Assembly (NCBI GenBank): GCA_038234445.1
Contig: JBBQTY010000001.1
Location: 1 to 56,588 of the forward strand
From: Lysobacterales bacterium
GTDB taxonomy: Bacteria; Pseudomonadota; Gammaproteobacteria; Xanthomonadales; Rhodanobacteraceae
Length of the DNA stretch: 56,588 bases
Reading direction: 5' to 3'
The notes under the pieces are model-generated. The model was not told the DNA's origin and ran no database searches. It worked only from the letters and a program-made list of their open reading frames with translations. How positions within the stretch are numbered: position 1 is the stretch's first letter; each line of letters starts with the position of its first letter. The position numbers and the translations under genes are program-made. Shown here piece by piece: positions 37,064 through 47,191 of this stretch.

Positions 37064-39271
37064 TCAGAATTCCCAGGATGCGCCAACGTGAAACGTACGG
37101 CCGATGGCTGGTTCCAGACCGCCGCCGAAGACGCGGGCGTAATAGGTCTTGTCGGAGAAGTTCGAGATACCGCCAAGCACGCGGATTTCCGGGGTTACCC
37201 ACCAGTCGGCCGAGATGTCACCAACCGTGTAGGACGGCACCTTGGCCGGTATGAAGTTCGCCCTATCCGGCGTGCTGCTGTCGAGATTCGAATCCTGCCA
37301 GTACTGGCTGGCAACGGAGACCACCGACAAAGCGAACTTGAACTTCTTGTCTTCGCGATACGAAACGCCGACTCGTGCCAGATGGTCCGGCGAAAATGCA
37401 GGCTTGTTGCCCTTGAGCCCCTTGGCCGAAGCAGTGAATTCGGAATTGAGCAGGCTCAGGTTGGCGAATACCGACAGATGGCGTGCCGACTTAGGATCAA
37501 CCGCAGCAAGGAAGTCATAGTCGATCTGTCCCTCGAATCCGCGATGACGCGTATCACCGGTATTGACGTTGATCGTCTCGTTTGTGTTTGTTCCGCCGGT
37601 AAGCTGCTGCGATTCGATACGATCCTTGACGTCGACACGGAACAAACTGACGTCATAGAACAGGCCATTCGCCGGCGTTCCATGAATACCCGCTTCCCAC
37701 GACAAGACATGGGTCGGGTCCGGATCATTGATCGGATCGGCCGAGGTATTGCCGAACGGCGAGCCGACATCGAAATAACGCACCGGACGCCAGCCCTGCG
37801 AGACATTGAAATAGGTCTCGTTGCTGCGACCGAAATCATTGCCGAAGCCGAGTCCGAACAATGGAACGTTGTGGGTGACGTCACGATCGACCAGACCACG
37901 AGTCAGGTTTGGTGGACGGATCGATTCATTGATACTCACCTTCTCACGCTCGATACGCACGGATGGCACGAAATGCCAGCCTCCTTCGAAGCGGAACACG
38001 TTCTCGGCAAATACGGCGCCATAGTCAGTCGAGCGATCCTGGCGCAGGCGCGCGCAGTTCTTCGAAGCAGGCGTTGCACAAGGAACGCCGTAGCGGTCGT
38101 AACGATCCGGCGTCAGCGTAGCCGTCGTGAACTGACGGAACGGCGCATCGGAGTGATACATCGTGGTGCCGACGGTCAGCGCGTTACCACGACCCCAACG
38201 ATGCAGCACGCGCGCATCGAGACCGTAGAAGCGGAACTGGTCGTCCTGCAAAGTTGCGGTTGTCGGCGTTCGATCCTGCGAACGCGAGGCGTTGTCCTGA
38301 TAGCCGCCCCAGAGCTTGGTTACGAGCTCGGTGTCTTCGCTGAAGAAACGGTCATCGGTCAAAGCCAGCACGTAGCGATCGGTCCAGAGCTTGTTGTATG
38401 GCGTCGTGGTCTGATCGGGATTCGCGATGAACTGCGGATAGCTCATTTTCCCCGGGTCGCCCGTCTCAAGCTGGGAGACATGCAGATCAAGCGCCGTATG
38501 CGACATCTCACCCGAGCTGTAGCCGAGATGCAGATCGGCACCGCGCAAGGTCGAATCGCCGTTGTCGCGCTCACCGTCGCTGCTGCGATAGTGCGCGTCG
38601 GCGAGGTAGTCCCAGTTGCCCGAGGTTCCGGAAAGCTGGTTGAACGACCCAAACAAGCCATTGCTGCCAACAACGGCCTCGGTGTAACCCGCGAGAGCAC
38701 GATCGGTCACCGGCTTGCGGCTGACCATGTTGACCACCGGTGGAGGTTCCGGTCCGTACAGCAGCGAGCTGCCACCACGAATCAACTGTACTTCTGAAAT
38801 CTGCTGTGGCAGTGGCAAGGTATAGATAGTCGGATAACCGACCCAGTCCGACATCAACGGAATGCCATCGAACAAGACCGTGACGAACTCCGATTCCTGC
38901 GGATTGCCAATGCCGCGATAGCTCAGGTTGGCCTGCCCTGGCGACTGTTGCTCGGAGACAAACAAACCGGGCGTCTGCGCAAACAGCGCGCGCAGATTGT
39001 TGTCGACCACGGTCGGAATCGTATCGAGCTTGGTGATCGAGGTCTTCTTGGTCACCGTGATCAACGGGCCATCAACCTCTTTCATGATGTGCTGCAGTTT
39101 CGGTCGGGTGTCGTCACGCGAGCGGCGCTCGTGGACTTCGACCTTGGGCAGTTCGGTATTGTTCTGGGCGGAGTCTGCGGGCTTGGCATCGTCCTGTGCA
39201 CGGGCAGACCCGGCCAGGCACTGGGCGATCGCGAATGCGAGCGTGCCCGTGACAATGGCTGTCTTGTTCAT
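37064..39271 (-). CDS. TonB-dependent receptor (FecA-like family)
   Basis: Signal peptide; plug (QTPGL, YRGIG, EVQLIRGGSSLLYGP..VVNMVS); barrel strands; NFSDKTYY..GRTFHVGASWEF with terminal Phe. Confidence 0.92.
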   Translation of the reverse strand: MNKTAIVTGTLAFAIAQCLAGSARAQDDAKPADSAQNNTELPKVEVHERRSRDDTRPKLQHIMKEVDGPLITVTKKTSITKLDTIPTVVDNNLRALFAQTPGLFVSEQQSPGQANLSYRGIGNPQESEFVTVLFDGIPLMSDWVGYPTIYTLPLPQQISEVQLIRGGSSLLYGPEPPPVVNMVSRKPVTDRALAGYTEAVVGSNGLFGSFNQLSGTSGNWDYLADAHYRSSDGERDNGDSTLRGADLHLGYSSGEMSHTALDLHVSQLETGDPGKMSYPQFIANPDQTTTPYNKLWTDRYVLALTDDRFFSEDTELVTKLWGGYQDNASRSQDRTPTTATLQDDQFRFYGLDARVLHRWGRGNALTVGTTMYHSDAPFRQFTTATLTPDRYDRYGVPCATPASKNCARLRQDRSTDYGAVFAENVFRFEGGWHFVPSVRIEREKVSINESIRPPNLTRGLVDRDVTHNVPLFGLGFGNDFGRSNETYFNVSQGWRPVRYFDVGSPFGNTSADPINDPDPTHVLSWEAGIHGTPANGLFYDVSLFRVDVKDRIESQQLTGGTNTNETINVNTGDTRHRGFEGQIDYDFLAAVDPKSARHLSVFANLSLLNSEFTASAKGLKGNKPAFSPDHLARVGVSYREDKKFKFALSVVSVASQYWQDSNLDSSTPDRANFIPAKVPSYTVGDISADWWVTPEIRVLGGISNFSDKTYYARVFGGGLEPAIGRTFHVGASWEF

Positions 39272-39521
39272 TTTTATTCCTCGGGGCGCAACGTTGTGAA
39301 AACCAGTAGCCCCCTGCGGGCGCTGGTTCACTTGGCTTTATGCCAGCACAATGCCCGAGTCGATACCGCCGCGAGATCTAGGTCCATGGACGGACCACGT
39401 TCAGTCCTGGGCTGGCGCCGTCCCGTGCAAGCCCGCGCAGCGGACGACCGCTGAAGCCTCAAGCATCCTGAGATGCTCCGCTAAAATCATCGCCAGCTTC
39501 TCCCGCCAGCAAGGCGATCGT

Positions 39522-40559
39522 CTACTTGAAGATTTCCTTGTTCTTCGCGTAGGGGATGGCCTGCTGACGCGTGACCAGACCGCGCTTGACCAGATCCTGC
39601 AGGCACTGATCGAGCGTCTGCATGCCGTGCTGGGCACCGGTCTGGATCGATGAGTACATCTGCGCAACCTTGTCTTCGCGGATCAGATTTCGGATCGCAG
39701 GAATGCCGACCATGATCTCGTGGGCGGCGATTCGGCCGCCACCGACTTTCTTCAACAGCGATTGCGAAATCACTGCGCGCAGCGATTCCGACAGCATCGA
39801 GCGCACCATCGGCTTTTCACCGGCCGGGAAAACGTCGATAACGCGATCGATGGTCTTTGCCGCCGAGCTGGTATGCAGGGTGGCGAAGACCAAGTGGCCG
39901 GTTTCAGCCGCGGTTAGGGCAAGACGGATGGTTTCCAGATCGCGCAACTCGCCGACCAGGATGTAGTCGGGATCCTCGCGCAGTGCCGAGCGCAGCGCTT
40001 CGGTAAAGCCATGCGTATCGCGATGCACCTCGCGCTGATTGATCAGGCACTTCTGCGAGGTATGCACAAACTCGATCGGATCCTCGACGCTGAGGATGTG
40101 CGCATACTCATTCTTGTTGACGTGATCGATCATCGCCGCCAGCGTGGTCGACTTGCCCGAACCGGTCGGTCCGGTGACGAGAATCAGGCCCTGTGGCTGA
40201 TCGATCAGTTCGCGGAAAATCTTCGGACAGCCGAGATCCTCCAGCGACAGAATTTCTGACGGAATGGTCCGGAACACCGCGCCCGCACCGCGATTCTGGT
40301 TGAATGCGTTGACTCGGAAGCGGGCCAGACCGGGAATCTCGAATGAAAAGTCGACCTCGAGGAATTCCTCAAAATCGCGTCGCTGCTTGTCCGACATGAT
40401 GTCGTAGATCAGCGAATGGATCTGCTTGTGTTCAAGCGCGGGAATATTGATTCGCCGTACATCGCCGTCGACGCGGATCATTGGCGGCAGACCGGCCGAC
40501 AAGTGCAGATCGGAGGCCTTGTTCTTGACCGAAAACGCGAGCAGCTCGGCAATATCCAT
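39522..40559 (-). CDS. pilT: Type IV pilus twitching-motility ATPase PilT
   Basis: MDIAELLAFSVKNKASDLHLSAG, GPTGSGKSTT, EDPIE, LREDPD, AETGHLV..TLH, AIRNLIRE. Confidence 0.97.
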   Translation of the reverse strand: MDIAELLAFSVKNKASDLHLSAGLPPMIRVDGDVRRINIPALEHKQIHSLIYDIMSDKQRRDFEEFLEVDFSFEIPGLARFRVNAFNQNRGAGAVFRTIPSEILSLEDLGCPKIFRELIDQPQGLILVTGPTGSGKSTTLAAMIDHVNKNEYAHILSVEDPIEFVHTSQKCLINQREVHRDTHGFTEALRSALREDPDYILVGELRDLETIRLALTAAETGHLVFATLHTSSAAKTIDRVIDVFPAGEKPMVRSMLSESLRAVISQSLLKKVGGGRIAAHEIMVGIPAIRNLIREDKVAQMYSSIQTGAQHGMQTLDQCLQDLVKRGLVTRQQAIPYAKNKEIFK

Positions 40560-41020
40560 GTCTCTTCCCCAAATGGCGCCGCCACGGCGACGCTGAACAA
40601 TACACTGTGGCAACGACGGAGTCAGTCGCTACGCGGTCCGAGCACCTGCTTTGCTGCAATGCGATGCGGCTCGGGAGTCCGCTCCACATCGAGGCCCGGA
40701 TCGCTCATCCGGATTGCAATCAACCCTAACCTCCAGTCGAATGCACGCGAGTATAGCGTGGCAAAAACAACGCGACGCAAGCCGCTTCGATGAAATCTGC
40801 TGAACATGCGGACAGGGTGTGATTGCGAGGGCCATGTGCGCGACGACCCCAGCAGAGCTTCGATAAAACGCCCAACAAATGCTGTAACCGTCTGATGTGC
40901 CGTGCTTGCCGACATACAGCCATGACATGACCCGCAATCTGGCTACCCGGTGATGCGCACACGCGACCCTCGCGCACATGCTTGTTATGCTGATCGATCA
41001 AACAGCCAAACCATCCGACC

Positions 41021-41869
41021 ATGTCCAGCCCCAGTCGTCCCGCCCTGCCCATCACCCAATCGATCGCCTTCATCGGCGGCGGCAACATGGCGCGCAGCCT
41101 GATCGGCGCCCTTGTTGGCAGCGGCATGTCCGCGCAAAAAATCAGCGTCGCCGAGCCCAACGAGGAGCCGCGTGCGCAGCTCGCCAAGGATTTCGGGGTG
41201 AATGTATTCACCGATGGATCCGATGCCGTGCGTGAGGCCGACATCGTTTTGCTCGCGGTCAAACCGCAAATCATGAGCTCGGTCTGCGCCAGTCTGGCGC
41301 CTGTGCTGGAATCCCGTCGCCCGCTAATCGTTTCGATTGCTGCAGGCCTTCAATCGGCACAGATCGATCGCTGGCTTGGCGGCGGTTTTCCGATCGTGCG
41401 CTGCATGCCGAACACACCCTCGCTGATTGGCGCTGGTGCGACCGGCATGATCGCCAACGCCGCCGTCGGTGCGGCCGGACGTGATCTGGCGGAACGCATC
41501 CTCGGCGCGACCGGCCTCGCCGTTTGGGTCGACCGCGAGGAGTTGATCGACGCGGTGACCGGTGTTTCCGGATCGGGCCCTGCCTATTTCTTCCTGATGA
41601 TCGAAGCGCTCGAAGACGCCGGGGTGACTGAAGGCCTGCCGCGCGAAACGGCGCGTGCGCTGGCAATCCAGACTTGCCTGGGCGCCGCGCTCATGGCCAG
41701 CGAGGACAGCGAACCGCCCGCCCGTTTGCGCGAACGCGTGACCTCACCCAATGGAACCACGGCGGCTGCGCTCAAGGCCTTTGCCGACGGGGGCTTGCCT
41801 GAACTCGTCGGCAAAGCGGTCAGTGCAGCGACGCAGCGCGGCGCCGAAATGTCGCGCGAACTCGACTGA
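41021..41869 (+). CDS. proC: Pyrroline-5-carboxylate reductase
   Basis: IAFIGGGNMA, LAVKPQ, SIAAG, RCMPNTP, SGSGPAY, VTSPNGTT. Confidence 0.96.
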   Translation: MSSPSRPALPITQSIAFIGGGNMARSLIGALVGSGMSAQKISVAEPNEEPRAQLAKDFGVNVFTDGSDAVREADIVLLAVKPQIMSSVCASLAPVLESRRPLIVSIAAGLQSAQIDRWLGGGFPIVRCMPNTPSLIGAGATGMIANAAVGAAGRDLAERILGATGLAVWVDREELIDAVTGVSGSGPAYFFLMIEALEDAGVTEGLPRETARALAIQTCLGAALMASEDSEPPARLRERVTSPNGTTAAALKAFADGGLPELVGKAVSAATQRGAEMSRELD

Positions 41870-41880
41870 GGAATATCGCG

Positions 41881-42459
41881 ATGCCCTATCTCGCCAATGC
41901 CGGACAGATCCTGATCGAGTTCATCTTCGGCATCCTTGTCGGCCTCGTCGTGCTGCGCGTGTTGCTGCAACTGGTACGAGCCAACTTCCACAACCCGATC
42001 TGCCAATTCCTGTACAAGGCGACGAATCCGGTGATGATACCTCTGCGCAAGATCATTCCGGCCTGGCGCCGTCTTGATATCGCAGGCGTCGTGCTGGCTT
42101 GGTTGCTGCTGCTGCTCAAACGCGTCTTGATCTTCGCCACAGTCGGCGTCATGCCTTCACTGGGCGGGCTCGCGGTCATCGCTTTCGCCGACTTGATCGG
42201 ATTCGTGCTGATGATGATGCTGATCCTCATCATTGTTCGCTTGATCCTGAGTTTTGTTGCCAGCGACAGCTATCATCCGATCGTTCCGCTTGTGATCCAG
42301 TTGACCGAACCGGTCCTCAAACCCTTGCGTGCGCGCATGCCGGCGCTTGGCGGTTTCGATTTTTCTCCGATGATTGTGCTGCTTGCGATCATGCTGCTGC
42401 AGGCGCTGGTGGTGGCGCCGCTTCTGGATCTGGGCTTGCGCCTTGGTCTCGGCCCTTGA
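41881..42459 (+). CDS. yggT: YggT family membrane protein
   Basis: Duplicated hydrophobic YGGT repeats (NPI.QF..KATNP; TEPVLKPLR..GGFDFSP); follows proC. Confidence 0.9.
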   Translation: MPYLANAGQILIEFIFGILVGLVVLRVLLQLVRANFHNPICQFLYKATNPVMIPLRKIIPAWRRLDIAGVVLAWLLLLLKRVLIFATVGVMPSLGGLAVIAFADLIGFVLMMMLILIIVRLILSFVASDSYHPIVPLVIQLTEPVLKPLRARMPALGGFDFSPMIVLLAIMLLQALVVAPLLDLGLRLGLGP

Positions 42460-42515
42460 TCGATCCGCAAAGACCCCGATTCTTGATCCCGCCCCCAGTC
42501 GACCCGAGATCCGCC

Positions 42516-42962
42516 ATGAATCCTCTGATCCGTCGCATCGCCGCACTCACCCTGATTGCATCCGCCGTTCCTGCGCTCGCCGATTCGAGCGGCACCGAGA
42601 AATTCGGTAATTACCTCGTCCATTACAGCGCGCTGTCGACCCAACTGCTCAACGCACAGATGGCCGAGCAGTATTCAATCGAACGCTCGCCGACTCGCGG
42701 CCTGATCAACCTGTCGGTGCAACAAGTCGCCACCGACGAAACCGCGACCGCCGTCGCCGCGACGATCAGCGGCGAGGCCGTCAACCTGACCGGCCAGAAA
42801 ACGCCGATCACGATCCGCGAAATACCCGATTTATATGTGTCCTACATTGGCCTGTTCGACGTCGCTGCTCCCGATACCTACACGTTCACGATCTCGATCA
42901 AGCCAAAAGGCACGGAGCAAAACTTCACTTTGAAATTCAACAAGAATTTCGTAGCCGAGTAG
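42516..42962 (+). CDS. DUF4426-like exported protein
   Basis: Signal peptide MNPLIRR..ALA; FGNY.VHYSA..L...A..Y.I.RS..GL.N.SV; NL.GQ; usual position after yggT. Confidence 0.78.
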   Translation: MNPLIRRIAALTLIASAVPALADSSGTEKFGNYLVHYSALSTQLLNAQMAEQYSIERSPTRGLINLSVQQVATDETATAVAATISGEAVNLTGQKTPITIREIPDLYVSYIGLFDVAAPDTYTFTISIKPKGTEQNFTLKFNKNFVAE

Positions 42963-42979
42963 CTGTCAAGGCAACGCGA

Positions 42980-43357
42980 TTGAGCCCGATCGAAAATCTC
43001 GACGGCCTCCTGGAAACACTTCAGCGACTCGAAATGGCGCTGCATGATCCGGAAGTTCGGCATTCAGAGCGCGCTGCGCAGTTGCTCGCAGACGATTTTG
43101 TCGAGTTTGGCAGCTCGGGGCAGATCTACACCAAGGCGACGATTCTCCCCCTGCTCTTGATCGAAGCTCCGCGAACAATTTCCACATCGCAGTTTTCTGT
43201 TCGACGCATCACACCGGATGCGGCACTGCTCACCTACCTCGCCTGCCACCATTCATCGGCGAATGCGTTTTCGTTGCGCAGCTCAATCTGGCAGCTTCAA
43301 GATGGGCGATGGCGCATGCTTTTTCATCAAGGCACAGCGTGCACTGCGCCAGCGTAA
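42980..43357 (+). CDS. DUF4440 / NTF2-like protein
   Basis: LLADDFVEFGSSG, RSSIW...GRWRMLFHQGT. Confidence 0.8.
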   Translation: MSPIENLDGLLETLQRLEMALHDPEVRHSERAAQLLADDFVEFGSSGQIYTKATILPLLLIEAPRTISTSQFSVRRITPDAALLTYLACHHSSANAFSLRSSIWQLQDGRWRMLFHQGTACTAPA

Positions 43358-43374
43358 AAGATTGAGAGCTGGCG

Positions 43375-44178
43375 TCAGGCGTTTGCAACTTCGGTGATGC
43401 GTCGATGCAGGGCGTCGAGTCCGTCGAACAAGGCGGCGGGTCCTGGTTGCAGGATGATCGGGGACTTGATCTCGTAGAGGTGTCCGTTGCGTACGGCCGG
43501 GATGGCTTGCCAACCCGGTCGCGCGGCGACCGTTTCTGCGCGGAATTTTTTGCCGCACCACGAGCCGAGGATCAGGTCGGGTTGTCGACGCACGATCTCA
43601 CTGGCATCCGCGATGATGCGATCGCGGCCCAGCGATTTCTCGGCAAGTTCTGGAAACACGTCATCGCCACCGGCGATTCGGATCAACTCGGCGACCCAAC
43701 GAATCGCGCTCATCGGTGGCTCGTCCCATTCCTCGAAATAGACGCGCGGCCGACGTGGAAGTGATGCAGCGGCTTTCGTGACCGCGGCGATATGCGCTTC
43801 GGCTAGAGCCGCGTAGCGCTCAGCCTTGTCGGCAGCGCCGACCATTGCGCCTAGGCGACGGATATAGCCAAGGATGCCATCGACCGAACGATGGTTGCTG
43901 ATCCAGACCTCGACGCCCGAACGGATCAGATCGCGTGCGATGTCAGCCTGGATGTCAGAAAAGCCGATGACCAGATCAGGCTCGAGATCAAGGATCGCGC
44001 CAATCTTCGCGCTGATGAAGGCCGAGACCTTTGGTTTCTCCTTGCGCGCCCTCGGCGGGCGCACGGTGAAACCCGAGATACCAACAATGCGGCGTTCTTC
44101 GCCGAGCGCATAGAGAACTTCGGTGGGCTCCTCGGTCAGGCAAACGATGCGCTGCGGAAACGAATCAGCACTTGCCAT
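43375..44178 (-). CDS. Cobalamin/iron-siderophore substrate-binding family protein (BtuF-like)
   Basis: PQRIVCLTEE.TE.LYALG, PRVYFEEW, ILQPGPA; TGATG overlap with the pdxH stop. Confidence 0.82.
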   Translation of the reverse strand: MASADSFPQRIVCLTEEPTEVLYALGEERRIVGISGFTVRPPRARKEKPKVSAFISAKIGAILDLEPDLVIGFSDIQADIARDLIRSGVEVWISNHRSVDGILGYIRRLGAMVGAADKAERYAALAEAHIAAVTKAAASLPRRPRVYFEEWDEPPMSAIRWVAELIRIAGGDDVFPELAEKSLGRDRIIADASEIVRRQPDLILGSWCGKKFRAETVAARPGWQAIPAVRNGHLYEIKSPIILQPGPAALFDGLDALHRRITEVANA

Positions 44179-44792
44179 CAGGGATACAGCAACCGCTTCG
44201 TCCATCCGCCATCAGTCAGCTCGTAGCGCTGACGGTCATGCAGGCGGAATTTTGCGCCGTACCAGAACTCGAACATATCAGGTACGAGACGATAGCCACC
44301 CCAGTTGGGCGGGCGCGAAACCTCGCTGCCTTCAAATCGCTTTTCGACTTCGGCGACACGGGCGTCAAACACGTCACGATTGGGAAGCTCCTGAGACTGC
44401 AAAGAAGCCCAGGCGCCGATCTGGCTCATGCGGTGGCGCGAGGCAAAATAGGCATCGGAGCTGGCGTCGTCGAGTTTCTCGACACGCCCCTCGACTCTTA
44501 CCTGAACTTGGTCGCGCAAGCCCTTCCAGAGAAAATTCACCGCCGCCTGTGCATTCGCTGCGAGCTGCGCCGCCTTGGCGCTTTCGTAGTTGGTGAAAAA
44601 TCGCAGACCCTCGTCGTCAATCTGTTTGAGCAGGACGATACGTGAGGAGACACGACCATCGGCGGCAGCCGTGGCGAGATTCATTGCGGTTGGTTCGGAA
44701 TCGCCAGAAGCCTTGGCTTCGGTGAGGAGATTGCGCAAGGTGTCGATGGCCTCGGCAAAGCGTGCTTCTGATTCGGATTTTTCGATGGTCAT
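44178..44792 (-). CDS. pdxH: Pyridoxine/pyridoxamine 5'-phosphate oxidase
   Basis: AMNLAT, SSRIVLLK, FFTNYESAK, QIGAWAS.QS, RPPNWGGY, EFW....RLHDR, LYP terminus. Confidence 0.95.
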   Translation of the reverse strand: MTIEKSESEARFAEAIDTLRNLLTEAKASGDSEPTAMNLATAAADGRVSSRIVLLKQIDDEGLRFFTNYESAKAAQLAANAQAAVNFLWKGLRDQVQVRVEGRVEKLDDASSDAYFASRHRMSQIGAWASLQSQELPNRDVFDARVAEVEKRFEGSEVSRPPNWGGYRLVPDMFEFWYGAKFRLHDRQRYELTDGGWTKRLLYP

Positions 44793-45125
44793 GTCGACAA
44801 TGGTAACGCGGAGTTCGATGTTGTGACGCGAATGCTTGCGCGGAAAGTGCTGACAATCACGCGAAGTCCAACTCCCGTCATGCCGGCGGCTCTTGACAGC
44901 CGACGGGCTGGCCGAGCACTCAAATTCCATTCGTCGTCATTCCAGCGAAGCCTGCGGTGACGAAAGTTTCATTCAATGCGAAGAGTTACGAACACCTCAG
45001 GTCGTCGCAAGCCAGCCTTGTGCTGAATCAAAACGCCGTTAAAAAAGGCTCCGGGCAGCAGCGCACCTTCGGTGGGAGCACCGAAACTTTCATATCGAGT
45101 CTGATAGAAACCCTTGGCTCGGCTC

Positions 45126-46694
45126 CTAACTTTTTACGCGCCCGCGAACCGCGCGGTGCATAGCGCGAGCGAATTGCTCGATATGGATCGGCTTGGTCAG
45201 GTACTGATCGGCACCGGCATTCAAGGCGACCTTGCGCGCTTCCTCGGTCGGCGTGGCCGACAGTGTGACGATGTGACCCCGGTAGCCCTTCGCGCGCAAA
45301 CGAAAGACGGCAGAGTTTCCAGACAATCCGGGCAACTCGACATCGACCAGCAGCACGTCCGGCGGATTCGCCTGCGCGCTTTCTACCGCCGAAGCGGCAT
45401 CGCCGACCGTACGCACTCGAAATCCCATGTCGCGAAGCAAGGCGTCAAGCAGATAAACGATGTCAGGGTCGTCATCGACGATAAGCACGCTGTAAACGCG
45501 ATCGGGAATTGTCTGAAACGCTTCAAGCGCATCCTCGGAAGCGTCCTCGTTCGCCTTGTCGAGATTCGGCAAGACAATCCGAAAGCGCGTGCCTTCACCG
45601 AGTTTCGATTCCATTTCAAGCGTGCCGAGCATTTGCTTGACCAGACGCTTGACGATGCTGAGACCGAGCCCAGCCCCGCTGCCCGGTGCCTGGCTGGATC
45701 GATTGAAGGCGACAAAGACTTTTTCGTGCAACTCCTCGGCGATACCAATACCGGTATCGCCAACCTCGATCAACAATGAAGAATCTTCCCAGACAAGCCG
45801 CGCGGTGACCGTGCCCTTGGGCGTGTAGCGGATCGCGTTGGAAATCAGGTTGACGAGAATCTGGCGCAGGCGTAGTTCGTCGAGAATCGGCGTGGTCGAA
45901 TCGACGGTGTTGAGGCTGATCGTGAATTGGAGACCCTGGTCGCTGGCCATCGGTTGAAACATGCCTTCGAGGTCATCGACGAGCTCGGCCAAATCGGTTT
46001 CCATCGGCAGCAACAGGTTTGAGCGCGAATCGGCGCGTGCGTATTCAAGAAGGTTCTCGGCCAGTGTAAAAAGATAGTTGGCATTTCGACGCAACGCGCG
46101 CAAGCCGCGCTGCGTGGAAGTCGAATGTCCGGCATCTTCTTCGATCAGGTGCAAATAGCCAAAAATTGAAGTCAGCGGCGTGCGGAAATCGTGACTCAAG
46201 GTGGCAATCAAGGCGTTCTTGAGGGTATTTGCCTCCTGCAGGCGCGCACGTTGCAGCTCCAGTTCGCTGCGGATCTGCCGCAGCTGGGCAATCGCCTTGG
46301 ACTTTTGATGGCCGATCAGCTCGGCCTCATTGCCCGTTTGCTGCTGGGATTGCTGGCGATCATGCTCGCCCTGTGCATCGAGCAGAAGAATGCGGAAACC
46401 GTTCTCGGCACTGAGCAGATGCACGTGCGCGCTGCGCCCATTCGGCATTTCGACGAAAGGCAGATCGATCGTCTCGTCCAGCGGCATGCCGATGAAAAGA
46501 TCCTGCAGCTGGCGCGCGCCGATTTCGGCATTGTCCAGATCGAAGCCAAAGCGCGCAGCATCACCCTGCAGATTAACCAGCTGCCATCCTGCATCGAATT
46601 CGAGCAGCAGCGGCTGCGCGCGCTCGAACAGGAAATGCGCAAGCTTGCGCTCCATTTCCTCGGAAAAACCGGTGAAACCGGCCACACTGCTCAT
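45126..46694 (-). CDS. Hybrid sensor histidine kinase/response regulator
   Basis: H-box LSHDFRTPL; N-box QILVNLISNAIRYT; DTGIGI; GAGLGLSIV; receiver LIVDDD..LLVDVELP..LTKP. Confidence 0.93.
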   Translation of the reverse strand: MSSVAGFTGFSEEMERKLAHFLFERAQPLLLEFDAGWQLVNLQGDAARFGFDLDNAEIGARQLQDLFIGMPLDETIDLPFVEMPNGRSAHVHLLSAENGFRILLLDAQGEHDRQQSQQQTGNEAELIGHQKSKAIAQLRQIRSELELQRARLQEANTLKNALIATLSHDFRTPLTSIFGYLHLIEEDAGHSTSTQRGLRALRRNANYLFTLAENLLEYARADSRSNLLLPMETDLAELVDDLEGMFQPMASDQGLQFTISLNTVDSTTPILDELRLRQILVNLISNAIRYTPKGTVTARLVWEDSSLLIEVGDTGIGIAEELHEKVFVAFNRSSQAPGSGAGLGLSIVKRLVKQMLGTLEMESKLGEGTRFRIVLPNLDKANEDASEDALEAFQTIPDRVYSVLIVDDDPDIVYLLDALLRDMGFRVRTVGDAASAVESAQANPPDVLLVDVELPGLSGNSAVFRLRAKGYRGHIVTLSATPTEEARKVALNAGADQYLTKPIHIEQFARAMHRAVRGRVKS

Positions 46695-47191
46695 GCCGCG
46701 AGCCTCTTTGCCAACTCGATGAAAGCCGCTTCGACACTGTCACCGGACATCGCACTGGTTTCGATAACCGGCATGGTCTTGCGCAGATCGGCGAGCGTGC
46801 CGGGCGCGACTTCCCAACGCTCGACGAGATCGAGTTTGTTGACGATCAAGACAGCTTGCGCATCCGGCAACAGCGTGCGTGATTGCAACAGCAAGTCGAT
46901 GGCAGTACGCATGGTGGATGCCCGGGTGCCGTCGGCTACCAGCAACAATCCTCCGGCTCCGCGCAGGTAGCTCATGTTGAGGGCATCCAGCGCGCTGCCG
47001 CCCGCGATATCCCAGACCACCAACTTGACAGGACCTTGCTCGCCACAATCGACCTCCTTGCTATCGACCTTGACCCCGACTGTGGTCAAGTAGCGATCTG
47101 AAAAAGTATTGCGCACGAAGCGTGCGACCAGGCTGGTCTTGCCAACACCAAAATCGCCGAGCATGCAGACTTTGTGTACCCGCTTCGTCAT
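46691..47191 (-). CDS. Small Ras-superfamily (Rab-like, Rup-type) GTPase
   Basis: G1 GDFGVGKTS, G2 YLTTVGV, G3 WDIAG, G4 NKLD, G5 ETSA; 166 aa. Confidence 0.92.
   Translation of the reverse strand: MTKRVHKVCMLGDFGVGKTSLVARFVRNTFSDRYLTTVGVKVDSKEVDCGEQGPVKLVVWDIAGGSALDALNMSYLRGAGGLLLVADGTRASTMRTAIDLLLQSRTLLPDAQAVLIVNKLDLVERWEVAPGTLADLRKTMPVIETSAMSGDSVEAAFIELAKRLAA

Noticed and set aside
40560-41020. yggS pseudogene remnant
   Set aside because: No convincing YggS motifs (AVSK, GENY, HFIG) found by eye.
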